Source: Marsupella aquatica
Taxonomy: Eukaryota; Plantae; Marchantiophyta
Assembly (NCBI GenBank): GCA_973895155.1
Contig: OZ316896.1
Location: forward strand, 2,728,001-2,792,000
Length of the DNA: 64,000 nt
Direction of reading: 5' to 3'
Shown here: positions 13,430 through 25,872 of the stretch, piece after piece
Numbering within the stretch: position 1 is the stretch's first letter
Layout of the letters: every line of letters starts with the position of its first letter
Position numbers and translations under genes: made by a program
The notes under the pieces: model-generated
Seen by the model: the letters and a program-made list of their open reading frames with translations, nothing else
Databases searched by the model: none
Told to the model about the DNA's origin: nothing

Positions 13430-15975
13430 TCTACTTACTATAATATACAATCCTGCCTTTTTGTGCTCATTGTTGCTTACAAAATTCACTTTTGGAGGGA
13501 ACTCATTATGACCATTTGATTTAAAATTTAAATTTTCCTGCCCATCAGATCTGTGTAAGGAAGAATAAAGAGTTTGTCCTAGCCTGAGGCAGGGATCCAT
13601 GGGCTTCGACCCACACCTAGACTCATATACAAACATCTAGAAAAAGGTCATTGGAAACTGAGTTGACATGTGGCTATCATGGGTAGATGGGTCTGACAAG
13701 AAAATCTAAGTAGACCCCACATGAGTGCCCCATTCACGTAAAGTAAGAAGTATAGACAACCTACAATACAAATTAAGTGAGTTCAAAAGGGATGATTTAT
13801 AGGAAAGTGGAAAAAAATTAAGTCTACTAGGAGTAGTGAAAACATTGTTTTTTTCTAATCTCTATAAAGTACTTTTTCCAGATTACATTAACATTCAATC
13901 CTATATTCTTTATTGCAATAAACTTATTGACCAAAGACACAATGGCCCCAAGAATAAAATGGCCCCAACAACGAAATGGCCGGAGTGATAAATGATTGCA
14001 ACAATAAAATGGTTATAAGGACAAATGTGCAATGCAAGTTAGGGCAATGGGTTTCTATATATGTCATATTTCCAATCACATTATAAAAAACTATCCCATC
14101 TCAAAGAGTTAGTGCAATCTACAAAAGTGGAAAAGGAATGAACAAACCAAAACCATCAATATATTTCAATGATTTTGACACCCTTGGATTGAGTGAAAGG
14201 GATCACCTATGGAAGTGAATACCATGGATATTTTTGCTCTTAAAGTAGGTGTTTTCAAAATACATGTGCTGCTAACTACTTTCAAAAATGACATGTGCAT
14301 AACATTGGTATCAGATTTGTTTTGTTTTTTGCTAAGGAGAAGAGAAATTTTCATTTTTCTGAGAGATCATTTATCTTTTGCTCCATGTTGATTCTTCTTC
14401 TCTTTCTTAATCATGTTGGAAAGGGAGGGGGGTGCCAAAGAGCCCGCCAAAGAGCCAGGATGGGAGACTGGAAGGAGAGAAAGGAAGGGCACAGAAGAGG
14501 AGATTGAAGAAAAAAGGGAAAAAATGTGAATTTATCTCCCTCCATATAGCTAAGGGCGACCACACTTGACCCTGTAACACCCCAGCCGCCCCCTGTCTTG
14601 CGTTCCCTCCCATGCTCTCACCCTTGCCACAACATTGCTTTCACAATAGCACCTTGGGACATACATTACCTCAATATCTTTGCCTCAACTTGACAATTTT
14701 TCTCGCCTTGACATATTTTTCTCAGCTTGACATATTTTTATCTCCTCAACTACTTTTTATCATATTGACATGTTTTCTCTCCTTGAGATATTTTCCTCAC
14801 CCCAATGTTCTTTTCAATCTCACATTGACATCTTTTTCTCACCTTGCCATCTTTCCTCTTTGCACCTTTTTTCTCCTCAACATCTTTTATCACCTCAGCA
14901 TTTTCTCATGCACCTTGATATATTTTCTCTTCTTGGCATCTCTACTCATCTCAGCATCATATTTTCATTTTCACATTTTTTTCTCTCATGGACATGATTT
15001 CCTCACCTTAATATCATTTTCTCACCTTGACATTTTTTTTCTCTCATTTAACGTTTTTCTCACCTCAACATCTTTTTCTCTCCTCGACATATTTTTCTCA
15101 TCTCAGCATCTTTTTATCTCCTCGATATCTTTTCCTCACCTCAATGTTTTTTTCTCACCTCAACATCTTCTGGACAACGCATGGGCATCGGGCTATTTGT
15201 ATATATATATTGTGCCAAAATAATGAGACTTCACACCCATAAACTATGACAAATATTTCTATGGTTTTTCATCACAATTGTCTCACAAAATTTGACTTTT
15301 ATTGTCCCAAAGAAAGCCTTGGAAGCAAAGCAAAGAGGGGGAGAGGCAAGGAGAAAGGGGAAGGGGGGGCACATGGATGAGAAAAGAGGGAGGGAGAGGC
15401 TTCATCTTGCCCCATCCGGTCGCAGGTAAGGGGTGGAAAAAGTGTCAAGTTTATTTTCTCACCTCAAAATCTGTTGCTCTACTTTACATCTTTTTCTGTT
15501 CAAAATCTTTTTCTCTCCTTTGCACATGTTTCTCTCCTCAACATCTTTTGTTCACCTAGACATATTTTCTCTCCTCAATTTTATTCTCATCTCAACATCT
15601 ATTTCTCTCCTCAATATCTTTTCTCTCCTGGACATATGTTTATCATTTGGACATCTTTTCTCTCTTTGACATCTTTTTCTCCCCTCTACCTCTTTTATCA
15701 CCTCAACATCTTTTCCTCACCTCAACATTATTCTCACCTCGACATCTTTTCTCTCCTCAAGATCTTTTCGCTCCTTGACATCTTTTCTCTCCTCGACATC
15801 TTCTATCACCTCGACATCTTTTGCTCACCTCAACATCTTTTCTCTCCTTGACATCTTTTGCTCACCTCAACATCTTTTCTCTCCTCGGCATCTTTTATCA
15901 TCTCAACATCTTTTCTCTCCTCGACATCTTTTTTCACCTCAACATCTTTCGTGCAACGCACGGGCATTGGGCTAG
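13430..15975 (+). mobile_element. Non-autonomous Helitron (copy B, same family as A)
   Basis: 5' end A|TCTACTTACTATAATATACAATCCTGCC, followed by TTACAAAA..GGAGGGAAC..CCATCAGAT blocks shared with copy A. 3' end CGTGCAACGCACGGGCATTGGGCTAG|T. Confidence 0.82.
14650..15948. repeat. ~19-20-bp minisatellite (ctcaacatcttttctctc-like) in two blocks inside Helitron B
   Basis: Blocks at ~14650-15170 and ~15450-15948. The unit is related to the reverse complement of the Helitron A array. Confidence 0.88.
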
Positions 15976-17029
15976 TGGATCATGATGGCCTTGTCCCTCT
16001 TCTGATTCATTTGCCCTTTTGAGGCCAAAGTAGTAAAATTATGCAAGATTGTTTCAATTTCCATGGTTTGCAACCTGCAAAACAAGGCTTGACCAAAGAT
16101 GGGAATAAAATGTGGTGGGAGAATTATTAAGTATTCAATTCAATTTTGGGACGAATGCTCATTGTTTAGGGTTTATGTGGATTGGAGAGAGAGCAAAAAC
16201 TGTTTGTCTTCTAGAAGCTTGTGCTTGTGCTTGAGTTTGAATTTAAAGTTGTTCTTCCTATACAAGATAGTTAATTTCATCAGTTATTAGTCACTTCCAT
16301 CAGTTGCCCTGATATCAGTTACCACCTCATCTCAGAGAGACCGTCAAGCTACAGTTTGTGCAAGAAAAAGTTGTGGATAAAAAATTTGAAGTTTTTTCAA
16401 AATTTGAGGGAGAAAGTGTTTTCACTATGGGATGACAACAAGGTCAGCTGAGATGGTGGGTGTCCATACAATATGGATTGCAACATTTTGCCAATTTGTT
16501 TTTGTTTCAAATATTTATTTATTTATTTATTGGGGGGGATTCTTTGTTATTTTGGGGGATTTGTTTTTGTTCATATGCCTATCTCGGAGAGGTCAACCAA
16601 GATTGAGTCAATCTCAACTGCCTAGCTGAGATGCGCGGAGGTGCAAAGGCCCCATTTCAGCTATTCAGCTGAGATTCATAAATTTTTGGGCGGAAAAACT
16701 GATAACTGGTGATGTTGTGTAAATTCAAAATATCTAGCAGTTCAGAATCCAGAGGGTGACAGGCTGTTTCAACAAAATTTCTAAGATAGAAAAATGTCTC
16801 AAAGTGGATCCCTGCTAAATTTCAGAGCTAAAAGAAAACTGTTGTATATACCTTTAAATAGAGAAAGAGGCAGTAGGGAAGAGGGCGAGGTATGGAGGTA
16901 TAGTAACTCTGACTCTGCACCTCATGAGTATCCTTGGAACCATCAGGTTAACACAAAAAACCTGATTTCCTTCCATGACAAGGATTTCCTGAGGTTTCCT
17001 TGTCATGGAAGGAAATGAGGAAGAACACT

Positions 17030-17225
17030 TAGTAGACTCTCCCCACCCCAATACTATAGTTACATACAGTTTTTGTAGGGAACCATTTCAGGGTGGGCCC
17101 CCATGGACCTGCACCAGGAGGGAGAGAGGATTAAATCAAGGTCACAAAGCAGGCAACCAGGGGCCGAGGAGATAATCCAAACTCCTATCCACTACCCACA
17201 AAACTCACCCCACCCACATTGAACC
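17030..17225. repeat. Dispersed repeat family copy (related copies at ~35750-35880 and ~43640-43890)
   Basis: Shared blocks 'ctccccaccccaata', 'ccaggagggagagagga', 'atccactacc..cacccacac'. Confidence 0.7.
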
Positions 17226-18370
17226 TGAGTGGGGCCTTTCAGTTCCAGGCGAATTGGCCTAAACCAGTTGGTTGAATTTATGTTTCCAACTACTAAATCT
17301 TAGGTAACTTTTGTGAAAGCTAAAGAAAAATGCTGGTGCATTTTCAAGAATATTGTTAACATCTAGATGTAAGCTCTGAGCTGCCAGTTTCTATCTTGCT
17401 TTTTAAACTAAAAATAAACTCTGAGTAAGCTATAACATGTTTGAAATCTTGATATATGATGTTTTTGCTCTACCTGCGTAAAACTCATCCTATGGTAGTA
17501 CTAGTGCGCCACAGAAGTTGACCATGCCAATATAACCTCTTTGTCTAGCTCAAGCCTTATAATAACTCCCATAAAAGATGTGAAGGAAAGCCTGTGGGCT
17601 CAACACTTAACCTATGATTTCAATTAAGTTGCTTACTTTAGGTCCATTAACTTTACATGCCAATCCACAAATCTCATAATCCTTGGTTAACTTAAGGTCC
17701 ATTAACTTTGGGTCTGAATCCACAAATCCCACAGTTGCAAATGAATGCAATGATGGGGGATGGGTGCTGCATTTGGGGTGATGGAGTATTGAGAGGCAAG
17801 GGAACTAAGAAAGAAGGAAAAAGTATATATGAATAGGATAATGTTTGTCCTGGTTAGAGGGCATTCATTTGTGAGATGTAGTGCTTGCTAAAGCAAGGGA
17901 GGCAGCCCATCTTCGAGGGGGCTATATTTTCACAATGCCTGTGACTAGGACATTAACAATTTAAGAACTTGAGTACGTGGTTTTTTGAGAAAAGACAAGA
18001 TAAACTAAACTTGTGAAAGATTAAAGAAGCTAAAGGCCCATGCAATTTATTGTCCTGCTATTGTCTAAAACATGAAAGAAGTTAAAATTTAAATTTAGAG
18101 ATTCTCTGTAGATATATACCAAGTAGTTGAAAGGATCTAGTATCTTCCATTATAGATACAATATTGGGATTTGTAATATAATATATTGTTTTGTTTTATC
18201 TTGTAAAACTATTGTTGGCTTTTACACATTACTAGATTTATGGTATAATCTCCATAATCTCCTCCTCTAAAGAAGCAAGAGTTTGAAACCCCCATGGACC
18301 ACAAGATTGGTGTTTGAAACCCCCATGGACCACATGTCCCAAAAATTGAGTTTAATTGTAATAACTTGAT

Positions 18371-18830
18371 ACAACTTTTTACTAACCTGTCTCTTAAAGT
18401 AGAGGAGATTACTAATGTACATGCCCCCAAACAAAATTATTTATCAACCCGTCCTCATTTCGTATTTGATTTAGTATGAACTTGTATGCGGGTTCCTTTT
18501 GCCATGTGGTGAGTCAAAACTGGCTAGCCTTTACCCACTGCAACCCCCTTCCTTAATGTGGGGCACAATTGCAAGTCCAGGAGGGGCAAAAAGACATCAT
18601 TTTTTGCTCCAGCCTCCTCTCACAAAAGCCTGAGTGACACTTTCAGCCCTCGTTTATACTCAGGAAAGCACATCGAGGAGGGTTGAGGGGGGTCATGGCC
18701 CGTTAAGGCTAGCTAGTAGCAACTTGCCACATGGCAATGAGACCCATATACAAGTTAATACTGACTTAATACAAAATGGGGGGCAGGTTGTTAAATAATT
18801 TGTTTGGGGGAGAGGTTAGTAAAAAGCTAT
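18371..18830. mobile_element. Foldback/MITE with ~110-140-bp imperfect TIRs (Mutator- or hAT-like)
   Basis: 18371-18513 is the imperfect reverse complement of 18721-18830. The direct repeat (t)aacttgat(a) flanks both ends (8-10-bp TSD depending on boundary). Confidence 0.75.
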
Positions 18831-19464
18831 AACTTGATATAGTATGGATAAATGTGAAGTTTTTTGTTTTGGGGATATACTAGAGAGGTAGCTAAGCTAC
18901 ATCTTATCGCACTGACAATGAATTTTTGGTTGAGTTTTCATCATAAACCCTGGGCCCTCAATAACCCCGCTGCGATTGTGACCCCATCCCTCTTACCCCT
19001 TGTTATTTCTGTTTTTCTATAAAATGTTGTCTTGTTATCCATAATATTAATTATTATTAGTTCAAATCTATAAAACTAGTCTTCAAGGGTTCTCACTACT
19101 CCGCATATTAATTAAGACTGAGGGCCTAGGATCATAAAACACGGAGGGGAAAATTCCATCGGATTAATGTCATCATGCTAATATGATATATTTGGGCTTG
19201 TGATTTTTTTCTTCTCCTCCTACTATAACTGCCTTGCAGAAACAAAACTAAAGATTATGTTACACCTCATAATCATCAAGTTCTGGGCCCCAAATTCTTG
19301 TGAACCACTATGTCCAACATGGTGGACCATCTTGGCTTCAGTTTCAAAGAAACGAGGTATTAGGGAAAATTGATGCAATAAAAAATACAAAGAGACAAAT
19401 AACAAAGTATGTGCCAGTTGAGAGTGAAGTGGACCCATAACCTTTGGTCTAATGGGTGAGTCAA

Positions 19465-19733
19465 TAGGGCATGTCAAAACAGCGCCATATATAAGTGAGA
19501 TACAACCAAGGCCATACAATTATTTTATGGCCAGGACGTAACTCCTCACGGGAATACACTTTAGGGTGTGTCAAACCATAGCCATAAGCACAGCTTTATG
19601 GGCTGAAACTTTTTAGACATAAGATTCTTATGGGGCTTGTATTTAGGTATCCCATAACACCTTACGTCCTTGCCATAAAACAGTTTTATGGCCTTGGCCT
19701 TATCTGAGTTATGGTGCTGTTTTGACACACCTT
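19465..19733. mobile_element. Small MITE-like element with ~23-bp TIRs
   Basis: gggcatgtcaaaacagcgccata versus tatggtgctgttttgacacacc. A second left-end-like copy starts at 19562. No TSD recognised. Confidence 0.45.
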
Positions 19734-19801
19734 GTTCCATAAATCTTACGTCACAAAATGTACACAATTTACACACTGATCATAAAATCTATCCAAGTTA
19801 A

Positions 19802-21019
19802 TGCTCCCCCATTTTCTTGGGGCCCCGTACCTGCTTGTCCCCCCAATGCTGCTTCTCGCTCCGGCCAAGTTTGCCAAAATATCAACCAAGACTCTATCAT
19901 TTTGTCACTCTCTCCTGCCGATCAATTTTGTGTCATCAACTTTGGGGTTATGTTTTCGCACCCTTCACTTGTTGTCGCCTGCTCCGGCCCAAGTCCATGA
20001 TGCTGCTGCCTGCTCTAGCCCAAGGTTGCAAGAACATAAACCAAGACTATCATTAATTGTGACTGTTATTCAAAGTACTAGGATTTGCCTAAAACACTTA
20101 GACTCTATTACCTAACATACATGACTCCATTGGAAAGAAATGTTGCCAAAACATAAACCATGACTCCATAGAGAAAATGTATTTGGCTTAACATTAATTA
20201 TTACTCTTAAGCAAAGTATGAGGCTCTGTGTGAACACTTAGACTCTTAGACTCTATTACAAAACAAGCATGACTCCACGGAAAAGAAGTGTGACCAAAAC
20301 ATAATCCTCTACTCCATGAAGAAGAAGCATTTGGCAGAACATAAATCAAGACTCTATCAATCATGACTCAACTAAAATAATAGGCTCCCCTTGAACACTT
20401 ACTCTCTCTTACAAAGTGAGCATGATTCCTTGGAAAGAAGTGTTGCCAAAACATCAACAACGACTCCATAAGGAAGAAATCAATGACACAAAGCCAATCA
20501 GGTCAGAGCGTGCCACAAACAATGAAGGGTGCCAGAACTCATGCAAACTCAAAGTGGACTAAATTGATAAGGCATGAGTGGATGACAAAATGATAAAATC
20601 TTGATTTATGTTTTGGTCTCTTCTTCTGGCCTCTTGGTCCATTTCTATTTTAAGTCAATTGCATAAAAAAGGGACCCACAAGTCCTTCACAAGATCTTTT
20701 CTTCTCACATTTAGAAAGACTGTAACCAAAGATTCAGGTGAACATTCAAGTGGAGCGGGTCCTCAATCTGTCTTTTACTAAATTAATCTGGCACCATTGG
20801 CTGCACTTGGCTTTACAAGACCTTGGGGGCAATAAAAGGATTCAAAAAATGTTTTTGGTCCGGGGACACTATATTTAGTGTGCACAATGGCACTCCAGTT
20901 TTCTTTGGTGAAAAAAACTCCCCACTGCCCCCACCTCTTGTAAAGTATTCCAGGACCTAACAGACTGGGCAAGAATATGGGAATGGGACGAGAAGTGGAC
21001 CCCAGAAAATGGGGGAGCA
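19802..21019. mobile_element. Non-autonomous TIR element flanked by TTAA (or TA), with internal inverted and tandem repeats
   Basis: TTAA|tgctcccccattttct ... agaaaatgggggagca|TTAA. Internal ~110-bp inverted pair at 19874-19984 / 20506-20616. Segment 20660-20920 recurs at 36640-36895. Confidence 0.7.
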
Positions 21020-21389
21020 TTAATTAAACTCGGCATTAATTTACACCCATAAGACTTTGCTCGTGGCGAGACTTGGACACGCCCTACAGTAGTCCTCTAT
21101 TCTCGGATAAAGCTGCCAAAGGCCTTTGCTCGGCTGTATCGTGTTGGGGAAGAAATGCATCCATGGAACTCGAAGGGGCAAGTACGTTAGATTCGCCTAC
21201 CCGGCTGAACAAGGTTGTGCACTGAAATGTAGATCATTGAAATGCCGATCGTGCTCTTCCTTATCTTCCCTATCGCTGTGCTTACTATCCATGTTCCCTC
21301 GTCTACCCGGCTGAACAAGGTTGTGAAGCAGAGCATCGACATGCCGATCGTGCTCTTCGCTATTTCCGTGCTTACTGTCCATGTTCCCG

Positions 21390-22000
21390 TCCTTTGAGGA
21401 CGACGACTGGATCTACTCAGGGTTTTCGATTTGCTTGTTGTACATGGGCACTTTTTTTCAGGGCAACGAGTGGATCTGTTGATGGTTTTCGATTTGGTTG
21501 TTGTCCATGGGCACTTTCTTTCAGGACAACGACTGGATCTAGTCATGGTTTTCGATTTGCTTGTTGTCCATGGGCTCTTTCTTTCAGGACAACGAGTGGA
21601 TCTGTTGATGGTTTTCGATTTGCTTGTTGTCCATGGGCACTTTCTTTCAGGATAACGACTAGATCTATTGATGGTTTTGGATTTGCTTGTTGTCCATGGG
21701 CTCTTTCTTTCAGGACAACGACTGGATCTATTGATGGTTTTCGATTTGCTTGTTGTCCATGGGCTCTTTCTTTCAGGACAACGACTGGATCTGTTGATGG
21801 TTTTCGATTTGCTTGTTGTCCATGGGCACTGTCTTTAAGGTCAACGACTGGATCTATTCATGGTTTTCGATTTGCTTGTTGTCCATGGGCACTGTCTTTC
21901 AGGTCAACGACTGGATCTATTCATGGTTTTCGATTTGCTTGTTGTCCATGGGCACTGTCTTTCAGGACAGCGACTGGATCTATTTCATGGTTTTCGTTGT
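21390..22000. repeat. 63-bp tandem array, ~9.5 copies
   Basis: The anchor (g)gatct recurs exactly every 63 bp: 21409, 21472, 21535, 21598, 21661, 21724, 21787, 21850, 21913, 21976. Confidence 0.95.
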
Positions 22001-24225
22001 GCTGAAACACAGCAAGAGGAGCAGGCAGACCTACAAAGTGTGGCGTGATGGTTTCCAGCTCAAACACTGCAAAGAGGCATACTTGTCAACTTGGATGTAT
22101 CCACGAATGCTAGCACGACGACACATCCATGTAGACAAATGTGCCCTGTTTGCAATGTGTTTGATAAGTCGAGCACAGAAGGAGGCGGTAAATCTTTTTT
22201 TCCCCAGCGGATGCTAATTACCGAAACCCAGTTTGATGTTTGCCTACATCGCAAGGTTGTGAAGAGCACCGAGATGTCGTGCTCATCTCGATAGCCAGAT
22301 TAGTGTCTTTGGGACGTTTGTGGCTCCCCTACCCTGTTATATGTGCTTTTCTGCATGCCAGGTCTGTTCGTGGTCTTCGACTTGTTGAAACACTGCAAGA
22401 TGAGTAGCCAGATCTAGAAAGTGCGGCATGATGGTTTCGAGCTCAAACACTTCAAACAGGCATGTCTGTCAACTTGGATGTTCGCACGAATGCTTGCATG
22501 ACGACACACCCACGTTGACAAATGTGCCTGTTTGCACTTCGTTTAACAAGGCGGGCACGGAAGGTGGCAGCGAGTCTGTTTGTTCCCAGCCATCACCAAA
22601 TCCCAGTTTGATATGTGCCTATATTTTAGAGATTGTGAACCAGCGCAGCGAGATGTGTGTTCATCCCGATTGCCAGACTGGTATCTTTGTGATGTTTGTT
22701 GCTCCCATACTGTCATGTGTGCTTTTCTGCGTGTTTAGGTCTATTCATGGTCTTTGATTTGTTGAAACACTGCAAGAGGAGTACCCACACCTAGAAAGTG
22801 CGGCGTACGAGCTCAAACACTGCAAACTGGCATATTTGTCAACCTAGATGTTTGCACGAATGCTCGCATGACGAGACATCCAGGTTGACAAATGTGCCTT
22901 TTTGCACTGTGTTTATAAGACGAGCACGGAAGGTGGCAGTGAATCTGTTTGTTCGCAGCTGATGCTGATCACCAAAACCCAGCTTGATAGCTGCCTACTT
23001 CCCGAAGATTGTGGACCAGAGCACCGAGATGTGAATCGTGTTCATGCCGATTGCCACTCCGGTATTGTTTGTGATGTTGTGGCTCCCATACCCTGTCATG
23101 TGTGCTTTTCTGCGTGTTCAGGTCTATTCATGGTCTTCAGTTTGTTGAAACACAGCAAGAAGAGTACCAGACCTAGAAAGTGGCGTACGAGCTCAAACAC
23201 TGCAAAGTGGCATATTTGTCTACCTAGATGTTTGCACGAATGCTCGCATGACGAGACATCCATGTGGACAAATGTGCCTTTTTACATTGTGTTTAATAAG
23301 ACGAGCACGGAAGGTGGCAGTGAATCTGTTTGTTCGCAGCTGATGCTGATCACCAATATCCATTTTGATAGTTGCCTACGTCGCGAAGATTGTGGTCCAG
23401 AGCATCGAGATGTGAATCGTGTGCATGCCGATTGCCACACGGGTATCCTTTGTGAAGTTTGTGGCTCCCGTACCCTGTCATGTGTTCTTTTCTGCGTGTT
23501 CAGGTCTATTCATGGTCTTCGATTTGTTGAAACACTGCAAGAGAAGTCCCCAGACCTCCTACACAGCGACGTACAAGCTCAAGCACTGCAAAGTGGCATA
23601 TTTGTCAACCTGGATGTTTGCACGAATGGTCGCATGATGAGACATCCATGTGGACAAATGTGCCTTTTTGCACTGTGTTTAATAAGACGAGCACGGAAGG
23701 TGGTCGAGAATCTGTTTGTTCGCAGCTGATGCTGATCACCAATATCCATTTTGATAGCTGCCTACGTCTCGAAGGTTGTGGACCAGAGCATGGAGATGTG
23801 AATCGTGTTCATGCCGATATCTTTGTGATGTTTGTGGCTCCCGTACCCTGTCATGTGTTTTTTTTGCGTGTTCAGGTCTATTCATGTCTTCGATTTGTTG
23901 AAACACTGCAAGAGGAGTAGGCAGACCTAGAAATTGCGGCGTGATGGTTTCCAGCTCAAACACTTCAAACAGGCATACTTGTCAACTAGGATGTTTGCAC
24001 GAATGCTCGCGTGAGGACACACCCAGGTTGACAAATGTGCCCTGTTTGCACTGTGTTTAATTAGTCGAGCACGGAAGTCGGCAGTGAATCTGTTTTTTTC
24101 CCAGCTGAAGCTGATCACCTAAGCCCAGTTTGACATTTGCCTACTCCGCAAGGTTGTGAACCAGAGCATCTAGGTGTGAATCGTGTTTATCCCGATTGCC
24201 ACACCGGTATCCTTGTGATGTTAAC
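21970..24225. repeat. ~380-bp tandem array, 6 units, each containing a ~100-nt inverted repeat
   Basis: Hairpin starts at 22062, 22445, 22815, 23195, 23581, 23958 (periods 383, 370, 380, 386, 377). Confidence 0.92.
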
Positions 24226-25872
24226 GCTTTTCTGCATGTCCATATAGAGCAACCGATGCGCGATACTCCTAGAATGTTCGCTGTCGAGGTCTGAGATGAT
24301 ACAGGTCACACTTTCAGGGTGGTGCTTGTATCTTTCCCGCCGTCAAGCGAGGTGATCTTTGAAACTATGTTGCTCAGGGTTCCAAACGGTCTCAAGGAAA
24401 TACTGGAAAATGATGAGCTGTTGACAGTGCTGTGTTTTGCGCAAGGAGACATTGTGTTCTTCATCGGTGTACTCATAAGGTTCCGGTCGTTTGACCTCCA
24501 TGTGGACGCACAGCCAGGTGCATAGATCCGACCACGTCTCAGATTGGTACAAAAAGAATGGTGGGTCTGGACAGGGACTATCTGCAACGGATTTTCATTT
24601 GTTCCAACCAAGCTTCGCGTCTTCGGATGTAGCTTTCAACCTTGATTAAGTTGTAGTTCGTGCCTTCCAGTTGTAGTTCGTGCCTTCCAATTGAGACTTT
24701 CGATCCCAATGTAGATTGAGTTTGACCGACTTTGTCAACTACTTTGCGCCGAAATTTGCGTGTCTAACCTCCTTGGGAGAAACATATGTTGTCAGCGTGT
24801 CCTTAGTTGGTCCGAACGAGAGAACTTGCGCTAGGTAGTAGAATCTGGTGTGGGTATTTATACTCAGTACGGTAGTTGAAATTTGGAATATCCCCTTATG
24901 GAGTCTGATATTAGATGCAGTAATGGTGCAAGTGTTTGTTACAGGGAGAAATACTCCTTCAATCTGTCGAAGGGTAAGATCCCCGTGTTGAAGTCCGGAC
25001 TTGAAATGCGGAATCATTGTGTTTCTCCCCTACTCCAGTGAGGCGATTTGTTGCATTACCAAATGAGCGTTGTAACACGTTGACCAACCGAAAGATCTCT
25101 TTCACTCAGGAGTACAGTTAGTAAAGTTGATATCAGCTTCCTCTGTCCTAATCGCGAGAGTGAGGAGTCTGGAAGAGTCCTAATCCGAGGAAAATGCATG
25201 TTCTGCTTGAGTTTATTATCGTTATGAAGGGTCACGAGTGTCGAACATTTGTTTATCTATGAATCCACGCACTAGTCTTCGTACCTGCAGGTTTGTCTCA
25301 TTTCCGTTCTCCAAGTCTTGAAAGTTGTTAATCATATCACTTGAACATTGTGCGGAACATGGAAATTTAAACAATTACCAAGGTTTGAACATTTCTTACC
25401 CGTCTGGAATCCCATACTTGAGCAAGAAATCCTTTCTGAAGTGCATCTCATGTCTCAAAACTAGTTGCCCTCTGAAAACTCAATCCTGAACGTAATTGAC
25501 AACACATTGGTAGCCATAGCCGACCTGGCTTGAACTCTTCTCAGCAGCTGACCCGTGAGTGGTTCTGCCCAGACCCGTATACTGTGTCGTTCGGCACAAT
25601 CGATCCCACGGGGCACACAATCGAACCCATGGGGCACATAGCTTGAAACTTGCTTTCGCCACTACGATAATTTCCAGGCCTTTCACTTCACGTTGCTCTG
25701 TTGTTTGGACCTATGACAGTACTTGATATCGTGTCTAGTTTGCCTTGAGCTTCAATTCCTTGCTAAATTCTAGATTTATCTGTCTAGTTTGCCTTGAGCT
25801 TCGATTCCTTTGTTCGAATCTAAATTTATTTGAAGATAAAGGACTCTCCCTACATCACTTTTATAGTCGTAC

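Noticed and set aside
14612-15975. Long F/L/S/H-rich ORFs resembling membrane proteins
   Set aside because: Artefacts of the pyrimidine-rich minisatellite in Helitron B.
16278-16711. Possible MITE with 14-bp imperfect TIR (catcagttattagt / actgataactggtg)
   Set aside because: Short, mismatched and no TSD.
21085-21110. TA|CAGTAGTCCTC Tc1/pogo-like terminus
   Set aside because: No matching inverted end found in the window.
21390-24225. CRISPR-like array
   Set aside because: Whole units are repeated with no unique spacers, no cas genes, and a eukaryotic context.
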